Below are positions 12,301 to 23,937 of a stretch of DNA of 64,000 nt, in pieces (within the stretch, counting starts at the first letter, position 1; every line of letters starts with the position of its first letter). A program made the position numbers and the translations under genes. This DNA is from Octopus sinensis. Taxonomy: Eukaryota. The stretch is from positions 44,268,001 through 44,332,000 of the forward strand of contig NC_042998.1 in the NCBI RefSeq assembly GCF_006345805.1. The letters run 5' to 3'. The notes under the pieces were generated by a model. The model saw nothing but the letters and a program-made list of their open reading frames with translations, was not told where the DNA came from and made no database searches.

Positions 12301-13887
12301 TAAACATTTAGAATTTTTTAAACAGAGTAAAAGAAAATCATTTCAAATGTATCAGTTCCAAAATGTTTTAATGACACATATTTTTAGAGTAAATTTTTAG
12401 GTAAATTGCGTATATGTAGCGTTTGTGGAATGTTGATTTGTTAGAGATTAAAGTTTAATTTTGACCAACCATATGAATTTTGGAAATTAGATAAAACTGC
12501 ATATTTCAATATTTTGAAATTGACAGCATAATAAAACCAATCTCCAAAGACAAAACACATTAAAGCGACTGATTATACGAGTTGAAAAATGATTCCCTTG
12601 CGCTCAGTAGAAAAAAGTAAACTATATTCTGATTTGGAAATTTCAAATCAATTAGCTGATGTAAAATTTACTGATGAAATAAAAATATTTCGACCACGAA
12701 ATTACCATTAAATGTGTATCAATGGAAAGTTATATTTGCAACACCGTAAATTTCTTTTTCGTGTCTAATGGGAAGAGAAAAAGAAGTGACAGAGAATTAT
12801 TTGCTGGGTCCCTGAGAGAGGTTAGAGAAAGGGAGAGAAATTTTGGTATACTCAGCCCAAAGACATGATTCGAACACAAGCAGCAAAATAGAGTCCACAA
12901 AAGACACTTCAACAGCCTGGACGTGGTGCTAAAACTGGCGATGAGTTAGATATTATATTAGATACGATCTTTTAACAGTAGGAACTTCTCAAATGCGCAT
13001 TTTTTAACATCACGCAGAGGGAAATTGTTTTTAAAAGCAGAAAACGAAATACTTATTAGATTGGCATCAAGTCGGACAGGTTATTAAGCTGTCGCAAAAT
13101 TCTGTAAACAGTTCCAGTTATCGTATTTTATGTATTTCACTAGATAACATATAATTATCATTTGTTTTATACCTCATCATTATTACAATTTCTTCTATAT
13201 TTTAGAGTTGAGGAATTATGAACAATATTTACATTGGACAGATATGTGTACTCATCTTGTTTGCTGTTACCAACAAACAAGACGAAGACACGTATTCGTC
13301 CAAAGTAAATAATGTAAATAATGTAAATAATTTTTACAATTGTTACTGAAGGCTCGTAATTATAACATTCTTCACTTTCTTTCAATCGATTTTTATTTAT
13401 TTTATATGTATTCTCAGATTTTTATGCCATCTCAAATTTTCTCAATGAAAGAACTAAAGATGAATACTAGGGCAAATAGTGTAAATCTTTAATACATTAT
13501 AATATAAACCTGCCGAATCGTTGCTTACGATTCACTTAAAATTAAAATTTGCAAAAAGGGGAAAAATAATATCCAGTATCGTTTTTTTTTCACTACATGT
13601 TTTTGAAAATTATATACGCTTATAAATTGAAGCTCTTATATTTTAGAGAAGAAATTCAATTGTGGTAATTATTGTTCCTTAACCATATTAACTGCATTAT
13701 TAAGATTGTAGATTGAAATGATTTTGTCACTAACACAAGGCCACTCAATGTAGGTGACGTTTATATTTGGATAATTTAAATACCGAGCATGATTTTTTTT
13801 AATTGCTTAGTCGTAGAAGAAAAGGCAGAGAACGTGGCTCCCTTCAATGCCTCTGGAACTAATGGGAGCAAAGTAGGAGGTAGTCAA

Positions 13888-13965
13888 GGCGGCGAACTTG
13901 CAAAAACGTTAGCACTCAGGGCGAAATGCTTAGCAGTATTTTGTCTGTCTACATTCTGAGTTTAA
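13888..13965 (+). mobile_element. SINE family I head fragment
   Basis: aggcggcgaacttgcaaaaacgttagcactcagggcgaaatgcttagcagtattttgtctg...ttctgagtt, similar to the head of the 1011-1224 copy. Confidence 0.65.
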
Positions 13966-15653
13966 CCACAGATGCTGTGGTTAAATAGGGAGAACTATTA
14001 AACACACCGACCAAGGTCAGGAGTACTTCCGCTGACAGGCTCCCATGCATTTTCTATCAACCAAATTTTAATCAAGACGTTTTTCACAGTAATAGTAAAT
14101 CACATGTCTAATGAGCCGTGCAGCAGATGAATTCAACTGAAAACCAATGAATTACAATGAGAACGTCATAACTACACAACCTTTTTTATATAATTGTTTG
14201 TTTATTGTGAAGTAACGAAAGAAAGAATCTATTCCAATGTCATTTGAACAGTAAACCGAACTAAAAAATACATAACGAAAAACTGAAAAGCGTTTTGTAG
14301 TCATCTGTAATGTTTCTGTCACTCCATTGGAATTTAGAGTACAACAGTATTGAATAAGGAAATAACTATAAAAAAAGATAGGAAATAAAGCTCTAATCTA
14401 AATGTATTACTTAGTACTACTTTGCCGTGGTTGATACCCCTTCTGTTTGAGATTGGTTTTTATTTCGCCAGAATTCATAAAGCAAATGCCAATATTCTAA
14501 GCTTCAATCTATTGGCTATGCTCATTTTCTCTGTGTTCCAAACCAACGAAAATCAATAGTGGATGGTATATGCACCGGTGGCTTGCCTATATCACCTGAA
14601 CCTGTTATTAAAAAGATAGTGTATTAATTTCCACTCTATGCACGCTTTTAGTTAAAACCCCATGGGACATAGCATTACTTTCTATCGGAAGTCGATGAAT
14701 TTAGTAACAGTCATGTTACTGGTTCATTTCACTTGACTAAATATTTATCATATAAATTTAATTTAGTGTCTGGGACAAAAACTTGTTATAAAAGTATTTT
14801 ATACATGCTGATAGAGTTTTACATGATATATCATGAAGCTAAATTTTAAAATTCCTACTGTAAAATATTTGCTATTATATCAGAAATATATTTTATCTTT
14901 TACGTTTTACTTGTTTCAGTCATTAAACTGCGATCATACTGGGAATACCGCCCTTTTGAACGAAACCCACGTGGTTTTGCTTCAGTGTTTTCCTTTTAGC
15001 ACATTTAAAGAAAAAATAGCAAGTCTTTCCTAATGGCACAACTATCATGTTTGTCATGGCTGTCATAAATCTCAGTATTAATTTAATCTGAGGACTTGTC
15101 ATTATGTAACATTTTACATTTAATTTCTTTTTCTTTATCTTTCTTTTCGCATTCTTTCTAATTTCTTTCTGTCTTTCTAGCTTTCTCTTTCTCACTTTAA
15201 ATTATTTTTGTATATTCCCTTAGTCACGTAGATGTTTTCTCTTGTCATCAATTGAATATAGGCTTTTAAAATAAGAAGTGATTTAATAGTAAAATTTGAA
15301 TGACACGTAGCCTCTCTAAATAATTGAAAACAGTACTGAAAATTTCTCCTGGACGAATCTGGTGGGCAAAGATTAACATTTATAAACTTCGATTTTTTTA
15401 CCTTATGAAACAGTTTAAATATCAAACTATCTGTGGCTATGTGACAGCTGCCAATTTATTTCAGCATTGTCAAGTGCTTTTCTAGAGGATGTGCTTCAGA
15501 GTGTGATTTTATGCTTGATTAAATCATAGGGGTAATCGTTTTCCCAAGGAATATTCTGTTATATTTAGTTTGTACACTATATGTGTTTGTGTGTCAATTT
15601 TCACTCTCTCTCTCACACTCACATACATACAAGCATATATATATATATATATA

Positions 15654-16064
15654 CTCTTTTACTCTTTTACTTGTTTCTGTCATTTGACTGCGGCCATGCT
15701 GGAGCACCACCTTTAGTCGAGCAAATCGACCCCAGGACTTATTCTTTGTAAGCCCAGTACTTATTCTATCGGTCTCTTTTGCCGAACCGCTAAGTGACGG
15801 GGACGTAAACACACCAGCATCGGTTGTCAAGCAATGCTAGGGGGACAAACACAGACACACAAACACACACACACACACATAAATATATATACATATATAC
15901 GACAGGCTTCTTTCAGTTTCCGTCTACCAAATCCACTCACAAAGCATTGGTCGGCCCGGGGCTATAGCAGAAGACACTTGCCCAAGATGCCACGCAGTGG
16001 GACTGAACCCGGAACCATGTGGTTGGTTAGCAAGCTACTTACCACACAGCCACTCCTGTGCCTA
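15654..16064 (-). mobile_element. SINE family II, full length
   Basis: Minus head aggcacaggagtggctgtgtggtaagtagcttgc...ggttccgggttcagtcccactgcg with A/B boxes. It has an internal (TA)(TG) tract and an (AGTAAAAG)n-like tail, and is near-identical to 17951-18367. Confidence 0.9.
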
Positions 16065-16094
16065 TATATGTATATATATATATATATATATATT

Positions 16095-16283
16095 GGTTGG
16101 CACTTTTTTCCTCCGTCTTCCCTTCTCTGGATCTTTCCTTTTCCTATGTTTCTGACGAACAGCTCCGCTGGAAACGTTAAAGCCTCCTTCTTCCCTTGCT
16201 TCCTGAGCGTCCAATAATACTATATTTGTTTCACGTCTTCGCGTTGTTGTGTTTTCTTTTTGTATTTTCATGTTTGGATTAAC
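16095..16283 (+). mobile_element. Penelope-type pseudo-LTR remnant, family A
   Basis: Pyrimidine-rich body ending gtttggattaac and flanked by (TA)n. Homologous to 41636-41842, 48536-48716 and 56672-56848. Confidence 0.7.
16148..16182 (+). ncRNA. Minimal type I hammerhead-ribozyme-like motif
   Basis: gttt CTGACGA A CAG ctccg CTG GAAAC GT T aaag: intact CUGANGA/GAAA core, 3-bp stem II, loopless palindromic stem III (AC/GT) and a GUU triplet. Confidence 0.65.
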
Positions 16284-17249
16284 TTTATATATATATATAT
16301 CTGTATGTGTGTGTGTGTGTATGTGTGTGTGTGTATGTGTGTGTGTGGTGTGTGTGTCTATGTATTGTGTACTGTTCCGTTATTTGAGCGATTAACAAAA
16401 ACGTACTCCATTCAGCGAGACATGATATTTAATAGTAGAATAGTCGAACGAATTTGAACAGCGTGGTGTGTAATATCATACAATGTTTTTGGCTCCAAAT
16501 ACAGTATGGCTGCTCTCTGAGAAAGGAAGTTAGAGTCGTCGTATCCATGTCCTTCGTTACAATGTAAATAATCAATGGTTGGTGTGAATAATTCGACGGG
16601 GAAACCTTACGGGTTGTGAATCTCTGTCCCCAATCAGTCGGGATGTGCTCTCAGTCCGACAACAGAAAGTTGCTTGCATTTGTGAAAAAATCGGAACTAG
16701 AAATCATAGAACTCTCGGAGTTCTTAGATTTATAACGGATATCATTTATTTCGATTATTCAAATCCTGCTCATTCTTAACACATTAACGAAACAACACTC
16801 GACGGTGTCTGGCATATTTTTGATCTTCTGATCCCGTATACGTCTAGCTAAATTTGTTGTTTTCTTCTTGCCTACGTGTCGGAAAAAAAAGACTGGTGGC
16901 TGGCATATCTTTTTTAATCTTGCTTTGACATAGACAATTATGCTTTTTTATTTAGAGTTTCGTTATTTCGTAGTGTTGAGGTGACCTCAGCTTCGTAAAC
17001 CACTGAGCTAACTATACATGCCCGGGCAAATAGAAAATGTTTATGTGTCTACGGTTATATTTTGGAGGAGGCATTTTTTGTGACTTACGGGTAATAATGT
17101 TGGGGTGGCAGCTGTAAGAAACTTTTACATATGGCTACCCGGGAAATGAAGATCAATCGATGCAAACAACTTTCTTCAGGCGTTTGTATTAACAAACAAA
17201 GACAGAAGCAAATTCCTATATTCGTGATGTATTATTTTTAGGTTTCGTC

Positions 17250-17412
17250 GGCCTTGTCACTCTCTGTGTCACGCTGAATATCCCCGAGAACTACGTTAAG
17301 GGTACATGTGTCTGTGGAGTGCTCAGCCACTTACACGTTAATTTCACGAACAGGCTGTTCCGTTGATTCGGATCAACCGGAACCCTCGTCGTCGTAACCG
17401 ACGGAGTGCTTC
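17250..17412 (+). mobile_element. 5'-truncated SINE family IV (3' tail only)
   Basis: Reverse complement of 54727-54900 with scattered substitutions. Ends ccctcgtcgtcgtaaccgacggagtgc. Confidence 0.75.
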
Positions 17413-17950
17413 CATATCCCCCCAGTCGGGTATAAATTATTTACTTTCGAAGTCACTATCTGTCGGGGCATTATTATAGTTTGAAGGGATGCCTTATCGT
17501 ATAATTTATATAATACTAATATTAGATATAAGGTTTTTAAAGACTAATTATGTATACATACCTCTGACCAGAAGGCGAGTGGGTGAGGAGTCTGTTTATG
17601 AAGCTTCATGAAAACTTCATCTGAGTAGAATAATTTGAGGAAATAAGTGCGTGTGGGTGTGTGTGTGTGCATGTGTGTTCCTGCATGTAAAAACGCATGT
17701 GTTTGTCTGTATGTACGACACACATCTATAATCCAAAACCTTGGCAAAACTTCATAAATTAGTATGATTTTTTTTATAATCAGAGTCACACACATATTTA
17801 GTCTTCAGCAATTATCACGACATTCTCTCTGTAAATCACCGTGTATATCACTCGAAGGTTCTTTGAATAGCTTGAATGATATTTATCTGCTATTTTATTG
17901 TAGGTTGGATGACCATATATAGACGCCTTTTAGCTCAATGTTGTATCTTT

Positions 17951-18163
17951 CTCTTTTCTCTTTTACTTGTTTCAGTCATTTGACTGCGGCCATGCTGGAG
18001 CACCGCCTTTTTTTTAGTCGAGCAAATCGACCCCGGGACTTATTCTTTGTAAGCCCAGTACTTATTCTATCGGTCTCTTTTGCCGCACCGCTAAGTGACG
18101 GGGACGTAAACACACCAGCATCGGTTGTCAAGCAATGCTAGGGGGACAAACACAGACACACAA

Positions 18164-18194
<31 letters not shown>

Positions 18195-18367
18195 CATATA
18201 TACGACAGGCTTCTTTCAGTTTCCATCTACCAAATCCACTCACAAGGCATTGGTCGGCCCGGGGCTATAGCAGAAGACACTTGCCCAAGATGCCACGCAG
18301 TAGGACTGAACCCGGAACCATGTGGTTGGTTAGCAAGCTACTTACCACACAGCCACTCCTGCGCCTA
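17951..18367 (-). mobile_element. SINE family II, full length
   Basis: Near-identical to 15654-16064, with A/B boxes in the minus-strand head. Confidence 0.9.
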
Positions 18368-18988
18368 TGTTGGATTTTGATGAAATAGAGATTATTTGAA
18401 GATAGCTGGAGGCAAAAAGACGAGTGTATTTATTAATATGAATCAAGCAAGTTGTGATGTAAGAGAGAGAAATATAATATTATAATCTGCTCCGCCGTTA
18501 TTGCCAATCGTCAATAGATTCCATCTTTTATTTGTTTTTTTTTTCCAAATGTGATGTATATTGAATATGATATTGAAATTGTAAAACACGTAGGTGGATA
18601 CGTGTTTCTTTCGATACAAACCCGCTTGGATTTTGATTATATTTTTTTTTTCGTAAAGTAAACATTAGAAATGTTATGAATATAATGTATTTTAAGGATG
18701 AGATTAACTAGCATTAACATGATTAGTAGTGAATAAGTTCTTCAAGAGAAATGGAAAGTGTGAACAAGCGAAAAGATGACGCAATTTCATACTATATAAC
18801 ATGATATGATGTAATACAATATAATATATACTACAATATTGCTTATGTGTGAATGTATGTGTGTGCGAAATGAGATGGATAGACCGACAGACAGACAGCC
18901 AGATAGATGATAGATAGACAGACAGGCATGCAGACAGACAGACAGACAGGCAGACAGACAGACAGATAGATAGATAGATAGATAGATA

Positions 18989-20200
18989 TGTTTCTTTATT
19001 AGCCACACAGGGCTGCACACAGATAGAACAAATTACAAGGTAGAGCTTTTCTTTTGAAGGTATAAAAAAAAAAAAAAAAAAAGGAAGGGGGAGGTTCGAT
19101 CAAAAGGGATCGTAAAAGGAGAGGGAGAGGACAAAAATAAGGGGGGTTAAAAAAAAAAAAAAAAAAAGGGGGGGGGAGAGGAAAAAAAATGATCAATAGG
19201 GATCGTTATCACAGAAATGTCAATATGAAGTGTAAAGGGGAGGACAGGTGAGGTTTACCCGTGGAAAGAAAAGCCTGCGGAAAAGACCACGGTAACCTCG
19301 GTCAATGAAGTCACATTTTATATTTCTTTTTTTTTTTTTTTTTTTGCAAATAAGCAACTCTCTGTTTTCGATTTCTGGGTTCATAGGACTATGCTCAAGG
19401 TGGCTTCGTCATTCATACGTGCCATTCTTGCTACATTCACCCATCTTTTTTTAAAACATTCGCTAGACAAAACTTGCCTCTCTACTCTCACTTTCCTTTT
19501 CAAGTGGTACTTGAAGAAGTTGATGAGAGATTGACCAGAGAGGAAAGTGTTTGTCTCCAATCCTTTCAGACGCGTCCACCAGATACATTCTTTCGCCATA
19601 GCCACAAGGATGATGAAAATAGCTCTTCCTTCCCGTTTGAAGGAAGGAGGCGTGACAATATTGACGATAGACTCAGCTGATAAACCGACTCGTCCCACAC
19701 GTGACAGCAGTTGTTCGACATAAGCCCACAGGTCGGAAATTGTTGGACACTGAACGAGTGCGTGCAGAACGGTTTCGTCGCTCTGACCGCATCTCGGGCA
19801 GGTCGGCCCCGTGTTTCTCGAGCCGTGTCTGTAGAGCTTATCCCGAACGGGTAGCGCTTCTCGGTAGCACTGCCAGGCCAGGGATCTCTGGAAGTTGTCC
19901 ATGGGCCCTGGCCCGAAAGTCGTCCCGAACAGGCGGGTCAGGTACTCCTCGTCGACGTCCAGGTTCGCCCCGAGCTCGTCGTCGTACCTCCCCTCCACTA
20001 AACCCCTATAGAATGCTTTGGTTGTGTTGAAGTCACTTAAGGTCGACCCAGGACGGCAGAGTTGCTTGAGAGCAACGCGACACTCGCGGTGCCATTCGCC
20101 CTTCCTCGGCTTCTTTTTGATCCACGACTGCAGTTCGGTCATGGAGACGAGCTGCGGGAAAGCGTGCCTCACAAACGGCGACCACACCTGTTCACCGTCG
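18989..20200 (-). mobile_element. 5'-truncated L1/Tx1-clade LINE flanked on both sides by (GATA)n
   Basis: Contains the ORF2 C-terminus and a 3' UTR with AATAAA (18995-19000, minus strand). (GATA)n lies immediately left (to 18988) and right (20201-20272). Confidence 0.85.
19381..20187 (-). pseudogene. C-terminal part of L1/Tx1-type ORF2 (post-RT zinc-knuckle region)
   Basis: ...FQRSLAWQCYREALPVRDKLYRHG...CPRCGQSDETVLHALVQCP... is a CX2CX8HX4C zf-RVT-type motif. The frame is open and GC-rich. Confidence 0.85.
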
Positions 20201-20274
<74 letters not shown>

Positions 20275-20449
20275 TGAAAGTTATTTTGATGTAAATTTAA
20301 CTAATATTGTCTCAGGTAAATTAATTGAAAGAGTTTTTCGAATTCTACATATTTTAATTATATTTCAGATACGAATTAAAAGTAAATGTTAGATAATACA
20401 CGAAACAGTAATTCAATAACTTAGGCATGTGTATATATATATATATATG

Positions 20450-20498
<49 letters not shown>

Positions 20499-20779
20499 CA
20501 ACAATTGAGGGTAAAATTAATTAATTAATCAATTTCACCAAGTATTCAGTATGCAAAGGGACCATTTAAGGCGAATTCAAATTATTACATTATATAAAAG
20601 GGCTTAGTAAAATAAATTACTTTGCCGCATACTGAACTCATTAGAAATAGCAGCTAAAAAAAACTTTTTGAAAACTATTTCTAATACTTAAAGAAAACCT
20701 CTCTCATATAGTGTTTGCTCAATTCAACTCACGCAAATATGGGGGTAGAGACATTAAAAAATCAAGTGCAAAGCTTATT

Positions 20780-20831
20780 TGAGAACGTACGTTTCAAGAT
20801 TAGTCAACACGACATTTCTATCATCAGCTCA
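20780..20831 (-). ncRNA. Type I hammerhead-ribozyme-like motif
   Basis: Inverted twin of 21398-21449. Confidence 0.65.
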
Positions 20832-21397
20832 GAACTCCCTGGTTTGGATTTGAAAACACTGAAAGTGGGAGCATACCCTTTCGGCCTCCTCTCGCTTCCG
20901 AAGATCTGCTCGTAACCAACAGTGCCAACAAACCCAAAAATGCAAGCGAAGAATTTCTGCTCTCCCCTTTCCACCAGCGTGGGTTAAAATCAGCAAACAC
21001 TATGCTTTTTTCGGTAAAGTCCGCGGCATTATATAGAGAGAGATGAATTATAATTTCAACAATTGAGGGTAAAATTAATTAATTAATCAATTTCACCAAG
21101 TATTCAGTATGCAAAGGGACCATTTAAGGCGAATTCAAATTATTACATTATATAAAAGGGCTTAGTAAAATAAATTACTTTGCCGCATACTGAACTCATT
21201 AGAAATAGCAGCTAAAAAAACTTTTAAAAAAAAAACTGATTTTAACCCACGCTGGTGGAAAGGGGAGAGCAGAAATTCTTCGCTTGCATTTTTGGGTTTG
21301 TTGGCACTGTTGGTTACGAGCAGATCTTCGGAAGCGAGAGGAGGCCGAAAGGGTATGCTCCCACTTTCAGTGTTTTCAAATCCAAACCAGGGAGTTC

Positions 21398-21449
21398 TGA
21401 GCTGATGATAGAAATGTCGTGTTGACTAATCTTGAAACGTACGTTCTCA
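21398..21449 (+). ncRNA. Type I hammerhead-ribozyme-like motif
   Basis: TGAG CTGATGA tagaaatgtcgtgttgactaatctt GAAAC GTAC GT T CTCA: canonical core, stem I TGAG/CTCA, palindromic stem III ACGTACGT, and an interrupted stem II (AGA/TCT, GTC/GAC). Confidence 0.65.
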
Positions 21450-21632
21450 AATAAGCTTTGCACTTGATTTTTTAATGTCTCTACCCCCATATTTGCGTGA
21501 GTTGAATTGAGCAAACACTATACGAGAGAGGTTTTCTTTAAGTATTAGAAATAGTTTTAAAAAAGTTTTTTTTATCTGCTATTTCTAATGAGTTCAGTAT
21601 GCGGCAAAGTAATTTATTTTACTAAGCCCTTT

Positions 21633-21726
<94 letters not shown>

Positions 21727-22034
21727 TGTGTGTGTGTATTTATATGCACAGCTCTTGTTCCTTGACAAACGTTCTAACATGCAACACGTGTAATGGTTGT
21801 TCTCCGACAACCCTAGTTTCTATGAAATAGATACGAGCGTAGAGCACCTGAAAATGTTACACAGCAATTATTACTGAGAAAATTTAGTTTCACCGAAATA
21901 TTAATATTTTTTAATCAAATGAAGAAGCGGTAACTAATATTGAATCATATAAACCCTAAACTTACTAACACTCATTTCTCGCCGTCGCGGGATTATGACC
22001 CAATATTATTAGTATATTTTTCTTTAGACTAATA

Positions 22035-22372
22035 AGGCGCATAGCTCAGTGGTAGGGGGGTGTCGAGCTTACGATCGTGAGGTTGTGAGCTTGAATCCCG
22101 GACCGAGATGCGTGTTGTGTTCTTGAGAAGACACTTTATTTTACGTTGCTCCAGCTCACTCAGCTGTAGAAATGAGTTGCAACGTCACAGGTACCAAGCT
22201 ATATCGGCCTTTGCCTTTCCCTTGGATAACACTGGTGGTGTGGAGACGGGAGGCCGGTATGCATGGGCGACTGCTGGTCTTCCATAAATAACCTTGCCCA
22301 GACTTGTGTCTGGGAGGGTAACTTTCCAGGTGCAATCCCATGGTCAATGTCGTGACCGAAGGTGATCTCAGA
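22035..22372 (+). mobile_element. tRNA-derived SINE, family III, full length
   Basis: Head aggcgcatagctcagtggtagg...gagcttgaatcccgg with A/B boxes; tail ...caatcccatggtcaatgtcgtgaccgaagg. Confidence 0.8.
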
Positions 22373-22424
22373 TTTTTCTTTAGCCAATATACGGTGGACG
22401 CTTATTAGATTTAAGCTTATAACT

Positions 22425-22580
22425 ACTGCCGTTAGGTTCTGAGTTCAAATTTCGCCGAGGTCGAATTTGCCTTTCATCCTTTCGGGATCGACAATTTAAA
22501 TACCAGTTACGCACTGGGGTCGATGTAATTGACTTAATCCCTTTGTCTGTCCACGTTTAGCCCCTTGTGGGTAGTAAAGA

Positions 22581-22582
<2 letters not shown>
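22425..22582 (+). mobile_element. SINE family I, 5'-truncated, tailing into (AAT)n
   Basis: gttctgagttcaaatttcgccgaggtcgaatttgcctttcatcctttcgggatcga...gggtagtaaaga, homologous to 1011-1224. Confidence 0.8.
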
Positions 22583-22616
<34 letters not shown>

Positions 22617-22636
22617 TATTATTATTATTATTATTA

Positions 22637-22667
<31 letters not shown>

Positions 22668-23223
22668 GAGTGAGCGAGCAGAGCATGCCATCAAAGTGAC
22701 ACTGGGGTAAAATATACGAAGTCCAGTATACCCATCATGACTACCTGTCTGATAAGGGTACACCAGGCACATGCATCACAACCATATGTGCGCGACAGGC
22801 TGATCTCATATCAAGATAAACAGCACATGACCTTGCAGGTGGAGCCCAGTAAGAATTTTCTTCAGATCGAGTAACCCATCCCGCTCAAAATGTCCCTGAA
22901 TAAGGGTTGTTTAAGGACGTTGAACGAAACTCCCATGTTTCCAGAGGTGAATTATTCAAACCCCAAAGAATACTTCTCAACACATGGTTATGATGCTCCC
23001 CCACTACCTCTGCTCAGGATCAGAGATGCACATATCGTCAGCCACTAAGGGACATGCTCAACTGGTTAAGGTCAAACAACTGACAAGCAAATCTGTGGTA
23101 TTGAGCAGAATATTTGCTGTAGCCCATCTTTTATACCAAGACAAAACAATGTACATGATAACACTTCCAATCAGTTAAGATCAGAAGCCATGAGAGCCAC
23201 TGCCTGGTACTGCATCAGGGCAT
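22668..23223. mobile_element. Unassigned 556-bp non-coding element in (ATT)n, copy 1
   Basis: Bounded by (ATT)n on both sides. It appears identical to 23317-23872 (offset 649 bp). Confidence 0.7.
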
Positions 23224-23316
23224 TTATTATTATTATTATTATTATATTATTATTATTATTATTATATATTATTATTATTATTATATTATTATTATTATTA
23301 TTTTATTATTATTATT

Positions 23317-23870
23317 GAGTGAGCGAGCAGAGCATGCCATCAAAGTGACACTGGGGTAAAATATACGAAGTCCAGTATACCCATCATGACTACCTGTCTG
23401 ATAAGGGTACACCAGGCACATGCATCACAACCATATGTGCGCGACAGGCTGATCTCATATCAAGATAAACAGCACATGACCTTGCAGGTGGAGCCCAGTA
23501 AGAATTTTCTTCAGATCGAGTAACCCATCCCGCTCAAAATGTCCCTGAATAAGGGTTGTTTAAGGACGTTGAACGAAACTCCCATGTTTCCAGAGGTGAA
23601 TTATTCAAACCCCAAAGAATACTTCTCAACACATGGTTATGATGCTCCCCCACTACCTCTGCTCAGGATCAGAGATGCACATATCGTCAGCCACTAAGGG
23701 ACATGCTCAACTGGTTAAGGTCAAACAACTGACAAGCAAATCTGTGGTATTGAGCAGAATATTTGCTGTAGCCCATCTTTTATACCAAGACAAAACAATG
23801 TACATGATAACACTTCCAATCAGTTAAGATCAGAAGCCATGAGAGCCACTGCCTGGTACTGCATCAGGGC

Positions 23871-23872
<2 letters not shown>
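23317..23872. mobile_element. Unassigned 556-bp non-coding element in (ATT)n, copy 2
   Basis: Same sequence as 22668-23223, bounded by (ATT)n. Confidence 0.7.

Positions 23873-23934
<62 letters not shown>

Positions 23935-23937
<3 letters not shown>

Larger units (their letters stand above)
20496..21640. mobile_element. Non-autonomous Penelope-like/retrozyme-like element with direct and inverted repeats
   Basis: 20496-20668 is directly repeated at 21054-21225. 20589-20993 is inverted at 21236-21640 (405 bp). Both ends are flanked by (TA)n, and each inverted arm carries a hammerhead motif. Confidence 0.7.

Noticed and set aside
12730-12912. Signal-peptide-like ORF (MKCLLWTLFCC...)
   Set aside because: It starts at TTG rather than ATG, is only 60 aa, and has no other support.
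22035-22110. tRNA genes at SINE heads (also 8108 and 53381)
   Set aside because: A/B boxes are present, but there is no complete cloverleaf and each continues into a SINE body.
23020-23050. CTGACGA on the minus strand of the 556-bp element as a hammerhead core
   Set aside because: No GAAA follows the adjacent hairpin, and stems I and III cannot be formed.
22668-23872. 556-bp repeats, or the ~705-bp array, as a CRISPR-like array
   Set aside because: Eukaryotic context, units far too long, no unique spacers and no cas genes.
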